A stretch of DNA of 64,000 nt, from the NCBI RefSeq assembly GCF_009914755.1, contig NC_060928.1; one strand, given 5' to 3'. The notes beneath the pieces were generated by a model, which did not search any database, had not been told where the DNA came from, and was given only the letters and a program-made list of their open reading frames with translations. A program made the translations under genes and the position numbers. Shown here in pieces: positions 38,800 to 54,015 of this stretch. Source of the DNA: the human T2T-CHM13v2.0 reference genome, Homo sapiens. Numbering within the stretch: the stretch's first letter is position 1; every line of letters begins with the position of its first letter.

Positions 38800-40134
38800 G
38801 TTGAATTACCTTCCCAATTCTAAAATTATAAAGTTGGCAGAGATTTGAGTCAGCGTTTTTTACCTCCTTTCTTATGGTTCATAAATCCCCCTTTCAATGT
38901 GTGTATGTGTAGATTTGAAACTGTGTATCTGAACACAACCATGTGTAAGGATGTATGGAAATGCTGTGCAATGTTTTCCATCAATTCAAGAGCTGAATTT
39001 ATGAATCCTCCACTGCGTATGTACCAGACACTTTCAATGCCGTATTTATACCCTCAGATGAGTGTTGCTTCTTTCAAAGTAGCCACACTCGGAAGTGGAG
39101 GAATTATCCCACAAATGCAAGCCTGGGTTGGATTGCCAAGGATATTTATCTTCCATCTCATTGGGCTTAGGTGGGCTACTAAACTCTGCTCAACTTTTTG
39201 GACCTCGATTTTCTAATCTGAAAAATGCTCCTGATTAAACCTACTTCTTGGGCTGTTATGCAAATTTTATGAGAAAATGTTCATAAAGAATTTATCTGTG
39301 CCTGGCTTCTTTTAGACGCCTCATACTTATTTCCTCTGTCTGGGGGAACTGGCCTTGAAATCTGATGTTCAGTGTTTCCTATATACTCTGGGTGACGAAA
39401 CTCCATCCTTTGAGGATGGTGTTATAGATCTTTAGAAAACAAAAGATATTTTAGGGCATAGCCTAGTGACTTCAATAGTGCCCAAGCAGGGAAATGCCAC
39501 TGTCAGTCCAAAACAAATTGTTTTAAAGCAATTAGAAGATTGACTTTTCATAGCATTTGAATTGGCCCTTCATACTTTAAACGCCCATCTGGGCCAGGCT
39601 GTGTACCAGCTCCTGGGAAGAAAATGATGAATGAGACTCAACTTTCTGGGTGGAACAGGCATCCCCACAAATGATTGCAGCCAAGGATGATGACCATGAC
39701 AGAGCACTACACAGCACCAGTGGGAGCTTCAAGGAGGGGTGCCCAGCCAGCCTGAATTGGGGAGTGGGGCAGGGGCCGAGTTGGCAAGTAAGGCTTCCTC
39801 TGCCACAGTCGGTCTGTGATTTGTAGGATAATTAGGAATTAGAACTAGGAAAAGGAATGCAGAAGGCACTGGGCAGAAGGGCCCAAACTTGAGAGGCCCC
39901 AGGTGGGTGGAGCCTGTATTGCAAGGGTCAAGGGTGGTAGGGAGCACACCCTAACAGACCCTGCTTTTCTCATTTATTGATGGGTTAAAGCTTGGGAGTG
40001 ACATGGTCTAACTTGTCATTGAGAATGATCTTTCTGAAGGTCCTAGAAGTGCATCCCAAGATGGATCTTCATCCAAGGCAGGATTCCTTGGCTAGGTATC
40101 CAGAGTATACAAAACTAAATAAATAACAACAGTG

Positions 40135-40176
40135 ACAATGAATCAAGTTTATTAAACAATGAATCAAGTTTATTAA
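40135..40176. repeat. Perfect 21-bp tandem duplication
   Basis: acaatgaatcaagtttattaa x2. Confidence 0.95.
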
Positions 40177-40197
40177 AATGTGTTGACACTACTTTAA

Positions 40198-40780
40198 ACT
40201 ATATACATATACATACATGTGTTTGCATATGTGTATATATGCACATGGGGTATATGCATGTGTATGTACACATATATATAAATATAAACACCCACACATA
40301 TATAATAGACACACTCACATACATGCACATATACAAATATCTCATTTAATCCTCACAGCAATAAAATGAGCTAGGTAGTATAATGACCCCATTTTGCAGA
40401 GAGATTGGGTGATTTGCCCCAGGACACACAGCTGGCAGGTCATGGAACCCTGGCTTTGAAACAAGGCGTTCAAATCCCAGATCTCATGCTGATGACCACT
40501 GAGCATACAGCTCCCTTATTGTTCAAATTGCACTGAACTGTTTACAGAATGCTCATAGAGTGAGTGCCTGCATATATTAACATACAAATGAGCACATATG
40601 GATTTCATCGACTCCTCACATCCGCCCCAGAGGAAGGCACTGTTACCATGGTGTGGATGAGGCAGCAGGCATTTCTGGGAGCTAAGCCTCTAACCCAAGG
40701 TCACACAGCTAGTTAGCAGTGGAAATGGAGCTTTTAACTGGAACGTGACTTGTAGTAAAAGGCTCTCTCCACTACACCTT
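40198..40780. mobile_element. (TA/CA)-rich tract followed by MIR fragments
   Basis: Alternating purine/pyrimidine run 40198-40335; MIR motifs ctcatttaatcctcacagca, cccattttgcagaga, cccaaggtcacacagctag. Confidence 0.7.
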
Positions 40781-41048
40781 GTTGCCTCCCCAGATGCAAA
40801 AGCAAAAGTAGGGTTATGTCCTGTTCACAGTCACATCCGCTAATTATTCATGGATACCCAAAACAGGAAACAGATGCTCACTTCTTCACCGAGTGTCCCT
40901 GACCACATTTTATCTAGCTAGGTTCTCACTTTATTCCTCATCACATACTTTCCCAAAGCATTTTGTCTACTTTCTTCCTGGCATGTAATCCTAATTGATA
41001 ATGATTTCGTCGGTAACTTACTTCTAGGCAACCAAGGAATAAATTTGC

Positions 41049-42160
41049 TATATTAGGCTGTTCTTGCATCGCTGTAAAGAAATACATGAGACTGAGTAAT
41101 TTATAAAGAAAAGAAGTTTATAAAGAAAAGAGGCTTAATTAGCTCATGGTTCTGCGGGCTGCACGGGAAGCATGCTGCTGGCATCTGTTCGGCTTCTGGG
41201 GAGGCCTCAGGAAACCTGCAGTCATGGTGGAAGGTAAAGGGGGAGCAGGCACATTACATGGCCAGAGCAGGAGCAAAGGAGACAGGGGAGGTGCTATACA
41301 CTTTTTTTTAAAAATACTTTAAATTCTAGGGTACATGTGCACAACCTTCAGGTTTGTTATATATGTATACATGTGCCATGTTGGTGTGCTGCATCCATTA
41401 ACTCATCATTTACATTAGGTATTTCTCCTAATGCTATCCCTCCCCTCTCCCCCTACTCCATGACAGGCCCCAGTGTGTGATGGCAAAAGTCAGGAAACAA
41501 CAGGTGCTGGAGAGGATGTGGAGATATAGGAACGGTTCTACACTGTTGGTGGGAGTGTAAACCAGTTCAACCATTATGGAAGACAGTGTGGCGATTCCTC
41601 AAGGATCTAGAACTAGAAACACCACTGGGTCGCCAGTGATCTCATTACCAGGTATTTACCCAAAGGTTTATAAATCATGCTACTATAAAGACACATGCAC
41701 ACGTATGTTTATTGTGTCACTATTCACAACAGCAAAGACTTGGAACCAACCCAAATATCCATCAATGGTAGACTGGATTAAGAAAATGTGGCACATATAC
41801 ACCATGGAATACTATGCAGCCATAAAAAAGGATGAGTTCATGTCCTTTGTAGGGACGTAAATGAAGCTGGAAACCATCATTCTGAGCAAACTATCGCAAG
41901 GATAGAAAACCAAACACCTTGTTTTCTCACTCATGGTTGGGAACTGAACAATGAGAACACTTGGCCATACACTTTTAAACAAGCAGGTCTCGTGATAATT
42001 TACTGACTATCAAAAGGACAGCACCAAGGAGATGGTGCTAAACCATTCATGAGAAATCTCTCCCCAGGATCCAATCACCTCCCAGCAGGCCCCACCTCCA
42101 ACACTGGAAATTACATATCAACATGGGATTTGGGCAGGGATGCACATCCAAACTATATCA
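41049..42160 (-). mobile_element. MST-type MaLR LTR split by an L1PA insertion
   Basis: tattaggctgttcttgcatcgctgtaaagaaatac...ggggaggtgc [L1] ttttaaacaagcagg...catccaaactatatca. Confidence 0.9.
41306..41963 (-). mobile_element. 5'-inverted (twin-primed) L1PA #1
   Basis: Minus-strand 3' end 41306-41482 joined to plus-strand ORF2 end/3' UTR 41483-41963; TSD atacactttt at 41296-41305 and 41967-41976. Confidence 0.93.
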
Positions 42161-42407
42161 CCTGCCTAGTCTGTAAATTCTCTAAGGGCAGGCACTTTTT
42201 CTACCTTGTTCATCTTCGTATCTTCAACACCTGATATAATGCCTGGCACATAGTAAGTGCTTTAGAACTATTTGTTAAATCAGTGAAGAAATAATAAAGT
42301 AAGAGCCTACCTTACTTGAAATTACTTGACAATAGAAGTTCACATTTAATAAATCAATATTGATATCCTGAACTGCTTCCTAGAACTTCTCTGACCAAAT
42401 ATTCTTT

Positions 42408-43240
<833 letters not shown>

Positions 43241-44271
43241 CAAATATTCTTTGATATATGGGAAGCTAGCTCCTGAAAAGTTTGTGAGGGAGGGGTGCAA
43301 AGTAGCCTATCACAAGCATGACATGCCTTTGAAGTCTTATATGTTATGTTAAAAATTTCTCTTAAGTTTTGCATTCTACTCCGTTATGTAGTCATGATTC
43401 TTTTAATATATAAAGTAGTGCTTAAAGCTATGATTCATAGGAAAATAGAGCAAATGAACAATGAAGGCTGTTCAGAGTCTCCACGGTCCATAGGCAGTGC
43501 TGTTGGATTGCATCCATCAGTTTGGGGAAGATGAGCTGATTCGAAGAGAACTCATGCCTCCTGTGAAGTGCAGGACCCCGGTAATTCCTTCCTTTCTCTG
43601 GCCTCTTAAAATCCAATTCAGAGTCACATAAATATGAAGCTATAAACAGCAACCATTTGTTCACTGTTTTGAATAAAGCACTGATCTAAATACTAATCAA
43701 AGTGGGTTTGGTACATTTTCAGGCTTTTTTGATTAAAATTTTTACCAGTAGCATTACCTACATGAAATTGTATCTGAAATGCCTGAAACCTATTACATAG
43801 TGTCTCTTACTATCTTGGGAAACATCTTCCAGTGAAGTCCGATGACCTATGATGCACTGTATTTTGCTCCTGACTCTGAATTTGCATCCCATGTAAATTA
43901 ACTAACAGTTTCAGTACTGATGACCCACTCACTTCATCAGACTCACAGTCTTCTTTTACAAGGCAGGAACCTTGACATGTATAAGAAAACCTTTGCCTTG
44001 GAGTTGCTGATTCCAGTCTTGGGAAAATATCTGCTTATTAAATCAGTTATTTATGAAGGCTTCTTTATTATTGAAGTGAATTATGAACCTTATCTGAGTT
44101 TTTTGTTTTTTCCATTTTTTTCTTTTTGGCAAACTTTGTCAGAATTTTTTTTTTTTGTCTTTTAATCATTAAGAGCAGTAATAGATTAATTCCAAAACAC
44201 TAGCCAACACCTTTCTTTAGTTAAAACAGTTTTATCTATGCAAGCATTCAAAGACACTTCGCATTTCTCAA

Positions 44272-44520
44272 GGCCAAGTGCTGTGGCTTACACTTGGGGA
44301 GGCCAAGGTGGGAGGATCACTCAAGCCCAAAAGTTCAAGACCAGCCTGGGCAACATGGCAAAAACCCATCTCTACAAGGCTACGTGGGAGGCTGAGATGG
44401 GAGGATCACCTGAGTCTGGGATGTTGAGGCTACAGTGAGCCGTGATAGTGCTGCTGCACTCCAGCCTGGGTGACAGTTGAAAAAGATTAAATAATATAAT
44501 TAAAAAAAAAAAGAAAACAA
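44272..44520 (+). mobile_element. AluJ-type SINE with internal deletions
   Basis: Lacks the ctgtaatcccagcac segment and the central A-rich linker; degenerate TSD acacttcgcatttctc / acacttcccattttctc. Confidence 0.85.
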
Positions 44521-46214
44521 AAACACTTCCCATTTCTCTACAAAACTGTCTAAAAGATAAGTATAGAAATGCTAATTTTTATACAATTTATCATTTTTAT
44601 CATCTTATTGAATTCAATAAGAAAATTTTAAAGTAAATTCTTTTTTTTGCTATGACAGTATAACTGGGTTTAAGCCCAGATATTATTTTAAGTAGATAAT
44701 ATGTGTACATGTTATAAAATTTAAAAGATTCAAATGTTATAAATGAAAAGTTATAATTCTCCTTTTTTTTTTTTTTAGCATTTTCATGAATTTAAAGCAG
44801 ATGCTTCAAACTCTGTCTTTAAATTCCTCGTTCCTGTTCCCATGGACCACTTAATTTTAAAATGTTAACTCACTAAAAGGCAAATAAACGATACACTAAA
44901 AGCACATGCATGTTTGAAATATGTTTTTGGAAATTAGAAAACAAAATTGTTTATGAGACATTAGACCATAATGATAACCAACATTTCTGAGCATTTTGCA
45001 TGTGCCTGGTTCTGTGTTAAATCTTCTGCAGGTGTTGGGTTCACCTAGTCCTATCAGTAGTCCCATTTTACAGGTGAGACCACAGTGTCTCCTGGAGGGT
45101 GAATAACTTGCCTAAGGGCAAACAGGAAGTGGCCACCCCAAGTCACCAAGCTTGAGGGCCTAAGCTCATACTATCTCTATTCTGATAACCTATGGTAATC
45201 AAGTTCTTCAACAACACGTATCCATAGAATTGATCTGCTATCCAAGCTTTCGTGATGGAAACGTCACATGGATGACTCTCATGGAAAAATGAAATTCTTT
45301 TGCTTTTGCTTGTGTATGAAAATAAATATGTATTTTTAGTGACACTATTCAACATCCTCCCTCCCTGAAGTTCTTGGCATTCCCTGTCATATTGTGGGAC
45401 AGTGGCCCTTTCCCATTGAGTTTGCATGAACTGATGGGAATATCATTTGTGTTCCTATATTGAAATGCTTGTGGGTGTATGGTTGTTATTTTCACATACA
45501 GATTTTGAGCTTGTGCCTCCTGAATCCTGGAAAGGCAAACTATCTTAACTCCTGATATTTTGACAAAATTTTCTGTGTCTGTCTTAGAAAACTAATTGCA
45601 GAATGGGGCTGGGGTAGTGGTTCCCGTTTGCCAATACTACCTTGCTGAGAAATCAGGTGTGTTCAAGCTGTGGGGACAAGAATTATACCAAGTAGCAAGT
45701 GTGATCAGGCTTCTGGTCCTAAGACCTTTTTGACAAAGGCTCATCGCTCATTTAATAGCAGTGTACATGAAGGAATGTAAGAGTCCAGATTTTCTCAAAC
45801 AGTGGCTTTAGTGGCTTAAATTGGGCCTTGGGCAGTATCCCACCCTCTCTGGGTCCAAGTCTGGGTTCCTTCTGATGAGCAGTGGAGTTTGTAAACAAAC
45901 AAACCCAAACCTCTGACTTAGTTCCCCAGAACAGTGGGACATAGGAGCAAGACTGTGAAGCCGACAAAACCCAGATTGCATAATTGATGCAGGGAGGGAT
46001 TGGGGTCACCCTGTGTGTAGACAGGGTCCAGGCCTGGCCACTCACCGCTGTAAAGAGCAGTGCTAAGAGCCTTTACATCTTGTTCTAGCTCAGAGACCGT
46101 GGGTAAGTCAGTGACTGCTCTGGACATGATTTTGCTACTCTATTAACAAGGAGGAGTGCTCACCTCCCACAGAGCTGTTGAGGGATTGAATAAGCTGAAA
46201 TAAGTGTCAGTCAC

Positions 46215-46592
46215 TGTATTAGTCCATTTTCACACTGTTATAAAGAAATATCCAAGACTGGGTAGTTTAGAAAGAAAGAAGGTTTAATTGACTCACGGTT
46301 CTTCATGGCCGGGTAGGCCTCAGGAAACTTACAATCATGGTGGAAAGGGAAGCAAGCATGTCTTAGATGGTGGCAAGTAAGAGAGAGCACATGTGAAGGA
46401 GGAACTGTCAAACACTTATAAAACCATCAGATCCTGTGAGAACCCACGTACTATCATGAGAACAGCATGAGAGAAACTGCCCCTGTGATCTGGTCACCTC
46501 CCACTAGGTCCCTCCCTATACATGTGGGGATTATGGGGATTACAATGTGAGGACATGAGATTTGGGTGGGGACACAGAGCCAAACCATATCA
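46215..46592 (-). mobile_element. THE1/MST-type MaLR solo LTR
   Basis: TG...CA ends (tgtattagtcc...ccaaaccatatca); 5-bp TSD gtcac at 46210-46214 and 46593-46597. Confidence 0.93.
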
Positions 46593-47053
46593 GTCACCAT
46601 AAAAAGTGTTCACCAAATGCAGCTCATTTGTCTTGGGGAGCTGGAAAGCTCTACAGTTAGAAGCTGGATTCAGCTAAGAACAGAGCCTGACTCTTAGATT
46701 TGGCTAAAGACAGCTGGCACCTTTGTTGTGAGTTCAGGCACATCATCTAATCTCCCTGAAGCTTTGGTTTATTTTCTATAAATAAAAATACTATCTACAG
46801 TGAACATAAACATGATCTCCCCAAAATATCCACATTTTAATACCTAGAACCTGGGAATATGCTGTGTTATACAGCAAAGGGAAATTGTGGTGCAGATTGA
46901 ATTAGGGTGGCTCATCTGCCATTATTGAGATGGAGGAGATTATCCTGGATTATTTTAGTAGAGCTTATGTACTCAAAGAGCCTTAAAACTGAAAGAGTGG
47001 TGTTTCAAGATTGCTGACTACATACATTTGGTAATCACCTCATCCATGGAGAG

Positions 47054-47427
47054 TGATATGGTTTGGCTCTGTGTCCCCACCCAAATCTCATCTTGAATTG
47101 TAATCCCCACATGTCAAAGAAGGGGCCTGGTGGGAGATGACTGGATCATGGGGGTGGATTTCCTCCTTGCTGTTCTCATGATATTGAGTGAGTTCTCACA
47201 AGATCTGATAGTTTAAAAGTGTTTGGCACTTCCCTCTTTGCTCTCTTTCTCCTGTTCTGCCATGGTAAGACATGCCTTGCTTCTCCTCACCTTCCACCAT
47301 GATTGTAAGTTTCCTAAGTCCTCCCCAGCCATGCAGAACTATGAGTCAATTAAGCCTCTTTTCTTAAAAAAATAAATTACCCAGTCTTAAGTAGTTCTTT
47401 ATAGCAGCATGATAATGGAATAAGACA
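47054..47427 (+). mobile_element. MST/THE1-type MaLR solo LTR inside the L1 5' UTR
   Basis: tgatatggtttggctctgtgtcccc...gaataagaca; 5-bp TSD gagag at 47049-47053 and 47428-47432. Confidence 0.93.
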
Positions 47428-50400
47428 GAGAGGAAACAAAATAATGAGTACATAACCACTCTGAGTAGATCATCTAAGAGAGAATACAGGAGTTCAACAG
47501 AAAAGTGATGGGAAGCACCAAAAGCAAGGAAGGAGAGGGAAGCAGGACAACCCATTTGGCTGGGATAGGCTGTTAGGAGAGGTTCCCTAATGCTGGAAAA
47601 TAAAAAGTGAGAGACCCCTCAGGGGTCCAGATTCCCACAACAGATTCCTACAGTCCTAGCCATGGGAGAGCCCCTCAATCTTTCTGGCCCCTGAGACTAA
47701 CATAAGGAACTGCATGGAGACTGTGGGAAGGCACTGCTCCAGAGAGGGAGTCCATTCTGTGTCCCACACCTTCTTCCCAGTCCTAAGCAGCTGCAGCAGG
47801 CTGCCATTTTGAGAGCCCAGCCACACCAGACTGCATTCTTCCCTAGGGCCCAACACCCCTTGCGCTTTTGCATCTCTGGAATCCCATGGACATTCCCCAC
47901 CCATAGCCGTTGCTTTAGGAACCAAGGAGGGAGCAACTGGCAGTGACACCACCCGACCTCTAGTAGAGGGGTGACTGCACATTTTTATGTGCTGTGAGGA
48001 CAAATTCCCACCCACTGCTGCAGGGTGCTGTGGGGCTGAAGTGCAAGCAAAGTGCACACCCCCAAGTTGCCTGATTACAGCTGCTGCCGCTAACAGCATC
48101 CCCACACTACTCAGTAACAGAGCTTTGGCACAGCCACTGCCACCTTCACCTGAGCATTCCACCAGAGGCCTGAGGATCACCACAACCCTGCCTACAATAG
48201 GCAGTGTCTGCATGCACCATCAGGGGGCCTGAGGACAGTTTTGCCTTTCACAGCTTCACCCCTCACCAGTACCTGAGCATGCAGCCAAGGGACCTGGGGG
48301 AATCATCATCCAACCCAGTCCACCACTGATGGCACCTTAACACTCCTTCCAGAGTCTGAGGTCAGGCCCAGTCAGCCTGCCACTACCATCACAGCAGGTA
48401 CCCACCCACATGTGCCACCTGTAGGTCTGAGGGCTGGCCTGCCCAGCCCATCACTGCCACTACAAATACCAGCATGGACTGCTTGGGTTCCAAAGGGTTG
48501 TTCTACCATTGTGACTACCCATCATTCATGTCATGCCTGCTACTCAGGAGCTTGAGAACCCACCAAACTTCCTGGCCCACTACTGCCATTCTTAGCACCT
48601 GAGAAAGCCACCTAGAGGTCCAAGAGCTGGCCTGCCTGGAACAAATAAAGCCAGTGCCAGTATATGCCACCCTGGGGCCCAAGGACAGGCACATGCACTC
48701 CATCACTGCCACCAATGTGGCCCAAAGACTGGCCCACCTTGTATCCCAGTGCCCAGCAAAACTTCAGCAGAGCCTCCGTAAACAACAACATACTAAGCCA
48801 CCAAGGAAACAACAGACACTATCAATGCTGTTTTATACCTGAAGAAACCATACAGAGACTACACTGCTGCACCCACCCAGAACCAAAGCCAAATTTCTCT
48901 ACACTGCCAACACAATATACACATCTTTAGGAAAAAGTCTTCCCCTATGAAAGCAAATTCAAAAAATTGAAAAAAGTGACTATTATGCCAGATGCACAGG
49001 TAACAATGTAAGGACACAGGAAACATGAAAAAGCAAGGAAATATGAAACCCCAAAGGAACACAGTAATTATCTGGCAACACAGATCCCAATCAAAAACAA
49101 ATGTATTGAATCCTAAAAAAAGAATTCAAAATATTGACACTAAAGTTCAGTGAGATAAAAGAGAATATTGAAAAGCAATGCAAAGAAATTAGAAAAGCAA
49201 CTCAGGATATGCCTGAGAAATCTACCAAAGAAATAGATATAAAAAACAACCAAGCAGAAATTCTGGAACTGAAGAATTCATTTAATAAAATACAAAATAC
49301 ATTCAGAGGCTTCAGTAATAGACTAGATCAAGAAGGGGAAAGAACTTGAAGACAGATCTTTTGAAATAAACTAGTCAGACAAAAATAAAGATAAAAGAAT
49401 AAAAAATAATGAGCAAAGCCTATGTGACATATGGGACACCATAAATCAATTGGATATTCAAATTTTCAGTGTCCCAGAAGGAGAATAGAGAAGGAAGGGA
49501 AATAAAACCTATTTAATGAAAATTCTCCAAGTCTAGCAAGACATTTAGACATCCAGATACAAGAAGTTCAAAGGTCCTGGCATAGATACAATTCAAAAAG
49601 GTTTACTCCATGGCACATTCTAGTCAAAATGTCAAAAGTCAAAGAAATTAAAAACAGCAAGAGAACAGCATCTAGTCACTTATAAAGGACTTCCCATCAG
49701 GTTAATAGCAGATTTTTCAGAAAAAAATATTTAAAACTGCAAGTCAAGGATGCTACACTCAAAGTTGTCTTTCATAAATAAAGGAGAAATAAAGTCTTTC
49801 CCAGACAAGCAAAAGCTGAGATAATTCATCAGCATTAGACCAGCCCTACAAGAAATGCTTGAGGGAACCCTACCCCTGGGAGTGAAAGAATGATAACTCC
49901 CACCATGAAAACACACAAAAATATGAAAACCACTGGTAAAACAACACACAAACAAAAAATGGGAAAACTCAAATGTTACCAGTAGAGAATACCACCAAAA
50001 CGCAATGATAAACAATAAAATAGGAACAAAGGATATACAAAATAACTAGAAATCAATTAATTAAATGACAGGAATATACCCTCACATATCAATAATAACA
50101 TTGAATGTAAATGGATTAAACTTTCTACTTAAAATATATAGACTGGATGAGTGGATTTAAAAGCATGACCCAACTATATCCTGCCTACCAGAAATGTATC
50201 TCATCTGTAAAGACACATATAGACTGAAAGTAAAAGGATAGAAAAAGATATTCCATGCAAAGAAAAACCAAAAATAAGCAGGAGTAGCTCTACTATATCA
50301 GATAAAATAGACTTTAAGTCAAAAACTTAAAAAGAGATAAAGAAGGTCAATATATAATGATAAAGGGCTTAATATAAACATATATGCACCCAATGGTGGA

Positions 50401-53400
50401 GCACCCAGATATATAAAGCAAATTTTATTAGATCTAAAGGGAAAGATAGACTCCAGTACAATAACAGTTGGGGACTTTAATATCCCACTTGCAGCATTAG
50501 ACATATCACTTAGACTGAAAATTAACAACAACAACAACAACAACCACGAAACACACTGGTTTTATACTCCACATAAGACCAAAAGGACCTACCAGACATT
50601 TAAGACCATTTCATCCAACAGCTACAGAATACATCAGTACATGAAACATTCTCCAGGCTAGACCATATGTTAGGTCTCAACAAATTTTTAAAAATTGAAA
50701 TTATGTCAAATGTTTTCTCAGGCATCAATGGAATAAAACTAGAAATCAATACCAAGAGGAACTTTGGAAACTATACAAATGCATGGAAATTAAACAACAT
50801 GCCCCTGAATAACCACTAGTTCAAGAAAGAAGTTAAGGAGAAAGTCAAAATACTTCTTAAAACAAATGAAAACCAAGACACACATGCCAAAACGAATGGG
50901 ATACAGAAAAAGCAGTGCTAAGAGGGAAGTTTATAACAATAAATGTCTGCCTACATCAAAAGAGTAGAAAGATTTCAAATAAACAAATGATTTACCTCAA
51001 GGAATTAGAAAAAGAAGAACAAACCAAATTCAAAATTAATAAAAGGACAAAATAATAAAGATCAGGGCAGAGCTAAATAAATGAAATAGGGACTAAACAA
51101 ATACAAATGATCAACAAAAAAGAAAGTTGGTTTTTTGAAAAGATAAAATTGATATGTCACCAGCTTGACTAAATAAGAAAAAAGAGAGAAACCCAAATAA
51201 AATCAGAAATGACAAAGAAGACATTACAACTGATAACACAGAAATACGAAAGATCATCAGATACCATGATGAACAATTATGCACTAACAAACTAAAAAAC
51301 CTAAAGGAGATAAATTTCTGAAGACATACAACCTACCAAGATTAAATCAGGAAGAAATGGAAAACCTGGGCAGACCAACAGCAAGTAATGATATTGAATT
51401 AGTAATAAAAAGTCTCTCAAAAAAGAAAAGTCCAGGACCAGATGGCTTCACTGCCAAATTATACCAAACTTCCAAAGAGCTAACAAAGTTTTCCTTAAAC
51501 TATTCTAGAAAAGTGAAGAGAAAGAAACTCTCCCTAACATATTCTATGAGGACAGCATTACCTTGATACCAAAACCAGACAAGGATACAGCAACAAAAGA
51601 AAAGTATAGGCCAATATTCCTGATGACCTTAGACGTAAAAATTCTCAAGAAAATACTTGCAAACCAAATCCAGCAACACATCAAAAATTAATCCACATGA
51701 TCAAGTAGAATTTATCTCAGGAACACAAGGATGGTTCAACATATGCAAATCGGTAAATTTAGTACATCACATCAACAAAATTAAGGAGGAAAAACAAATG
51801 ATCATCTAAATAGATGCAGGAAAAGAATTTGATAAAATTCAATATCCTTTCATGATAAAATCTCTCAATAGACTAGGCATAGAAGAAACATCCCTCAACA
51901 AAATAAAGGCCATATGTGACAAAACCCCAGCTAACATCATACTGAATGGGGCAAAGCTGAAATCCTTTCCCCTAGGAACTGGAATCAGACAAGAATGCCA
52001 CTTTTACCACTCCTATTCAACATAGTACTGAAAATCATGACCAAAGCAATCAGAAAAGAGAAAGAAATAAAAAAAAAAAAAACGTCCAAACTAAAAAAGA
52101 AGTCATTTGTCCCTCTTTGCTGATGATATGATATGATATCTAGAAAAACCGAAAGACTGCACCAAAATACTCTTAGATCTGATAAATCGAGTAAAGTGGC
52201 TAGATACAAAATCATCATACAAAAATCATCAGTTTCGATTCATCAATAATTAACTAGCTAATATTGTTAAAATGACCATACTACCCAAAGCAATCTACAG
52301 ATTCACAGCAATCTCTATGAAAATACCAACATCATTTTTCACAGGAATAGAAAAAACAATCCGAAATTCATAGGGAACCACAAAAGAGCCCAAATAGCCA
52401 ACGCAATCCTAAGCATAAAGGACAAAGCTTGAGGCATCAAAATAACTGACTTCAGAATATCATAAGGCTATTATAACCAAAACAGTATATTTTTGGCATG
52501 AAAATAGACACATAGATCAATGGGAAAAAAATAGAAAATACAGAAATAAATCCACATATTTAAGGTAACTGATTTTTGACCAAGATGCCAAGAACGTACC
52601 TGGGGAAACAACACCCTCTTCAATAAATGGTGCTAGGAGAACTGTATATCATATGCAGAAGAATGAAACTGGACTCATCTCTCACCATATACAAAAAACA
52701 ACTCAAGGTGGATTAAAGACTTATATGTAAGACAATAAACTATAAAACTACTGGAAGAAAACAAGGAAAACAATTCAGGATATTGCTCTAGGCAAAGATT
52801 TGATGACTAAGACCTCAAGCACAGACAATGGAAATGAAAATAGACAAATGGTACTATATTAAACTAAAAAGCTTCTTCACAACAAAGGAAGCAATTAATA
52901 CAGTGAAGAGGCAACATTTTGAATGGGAGAAAATATTTGTAAACTATTCATCTGACAAAGGACTAATATCCAGAGTATACAAGGAACTCAACAGTAAAAA
53001 AAAAAAATAAAAATAAAAAGTGGGCAAATGACATGAATAGATATTTCTCAAAAGAAGACATAAAAATGACCAACAGGTATATGAAAAACTGCTCAACATC
53101 ACTAATCATCAGGGAAATGAAAATCAAAAGAACAAGAAGATATTATCTTACCCCAGTTAGAATGACTACTACTAAAAGGACAAAATAATAGCAGATGCTG
53201 GTGAGGATGTAAAGAAAAGAGACCTCTGATACACTGTTGGTGGGAATGTAATTCAGTACAACTACCATGGAAAACAGTATGGAGATTTCCAAAAAACTAG
53301 AACTACCATCTGATCCAGGAATCCCACTACTGGGTGTTTATGAAAAGGAAATGAATCAGTATATCAAAGGGATACAGGCATGCCAATATTTATTGCCACA

Positions 53401-53717
53401 CTATTCACAATTGCGAAGATACGGAATCAACCTAAGTGTCCATTGGCAGACAAATGGATAAAGAAAATGTGATACATAGACACACTGGAATTCTATTCAG
53501 CCGTGAAACAGAATGAAATCATGTCATTTGCAGCAACATGGATGGAACTGGAAGTCATTATGTTAAGTGAAATAAGCCAGACACACAAGGACAAATTGTG
53601 AGTGTTCTTACTCATGTGCAAGAGCTGAAAATATTGATCCCATGGAGATAGAAAGTAGAATGGTAGATGCCAGAGGCTGGAGAGGGTATGTAGATTGCAG
53701 GGGGTGAAGAAAAATAG

Positions 53718-54015
<298 letters not shown>

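Noticed and set aside
46215-47427. The two MaLR LTRs as ends of one provirus
   Set aside because: Opposite orientations, separate 5-bp TSDs and no internal sequence between them.
47656-48213. 185-aa antisense ORF in the L1MA 5' region (ORF0-like idea)
   Set aside because: No similarity to primate L1 ORF0 that I can see; GC-richer sequence is poor in stop codons.
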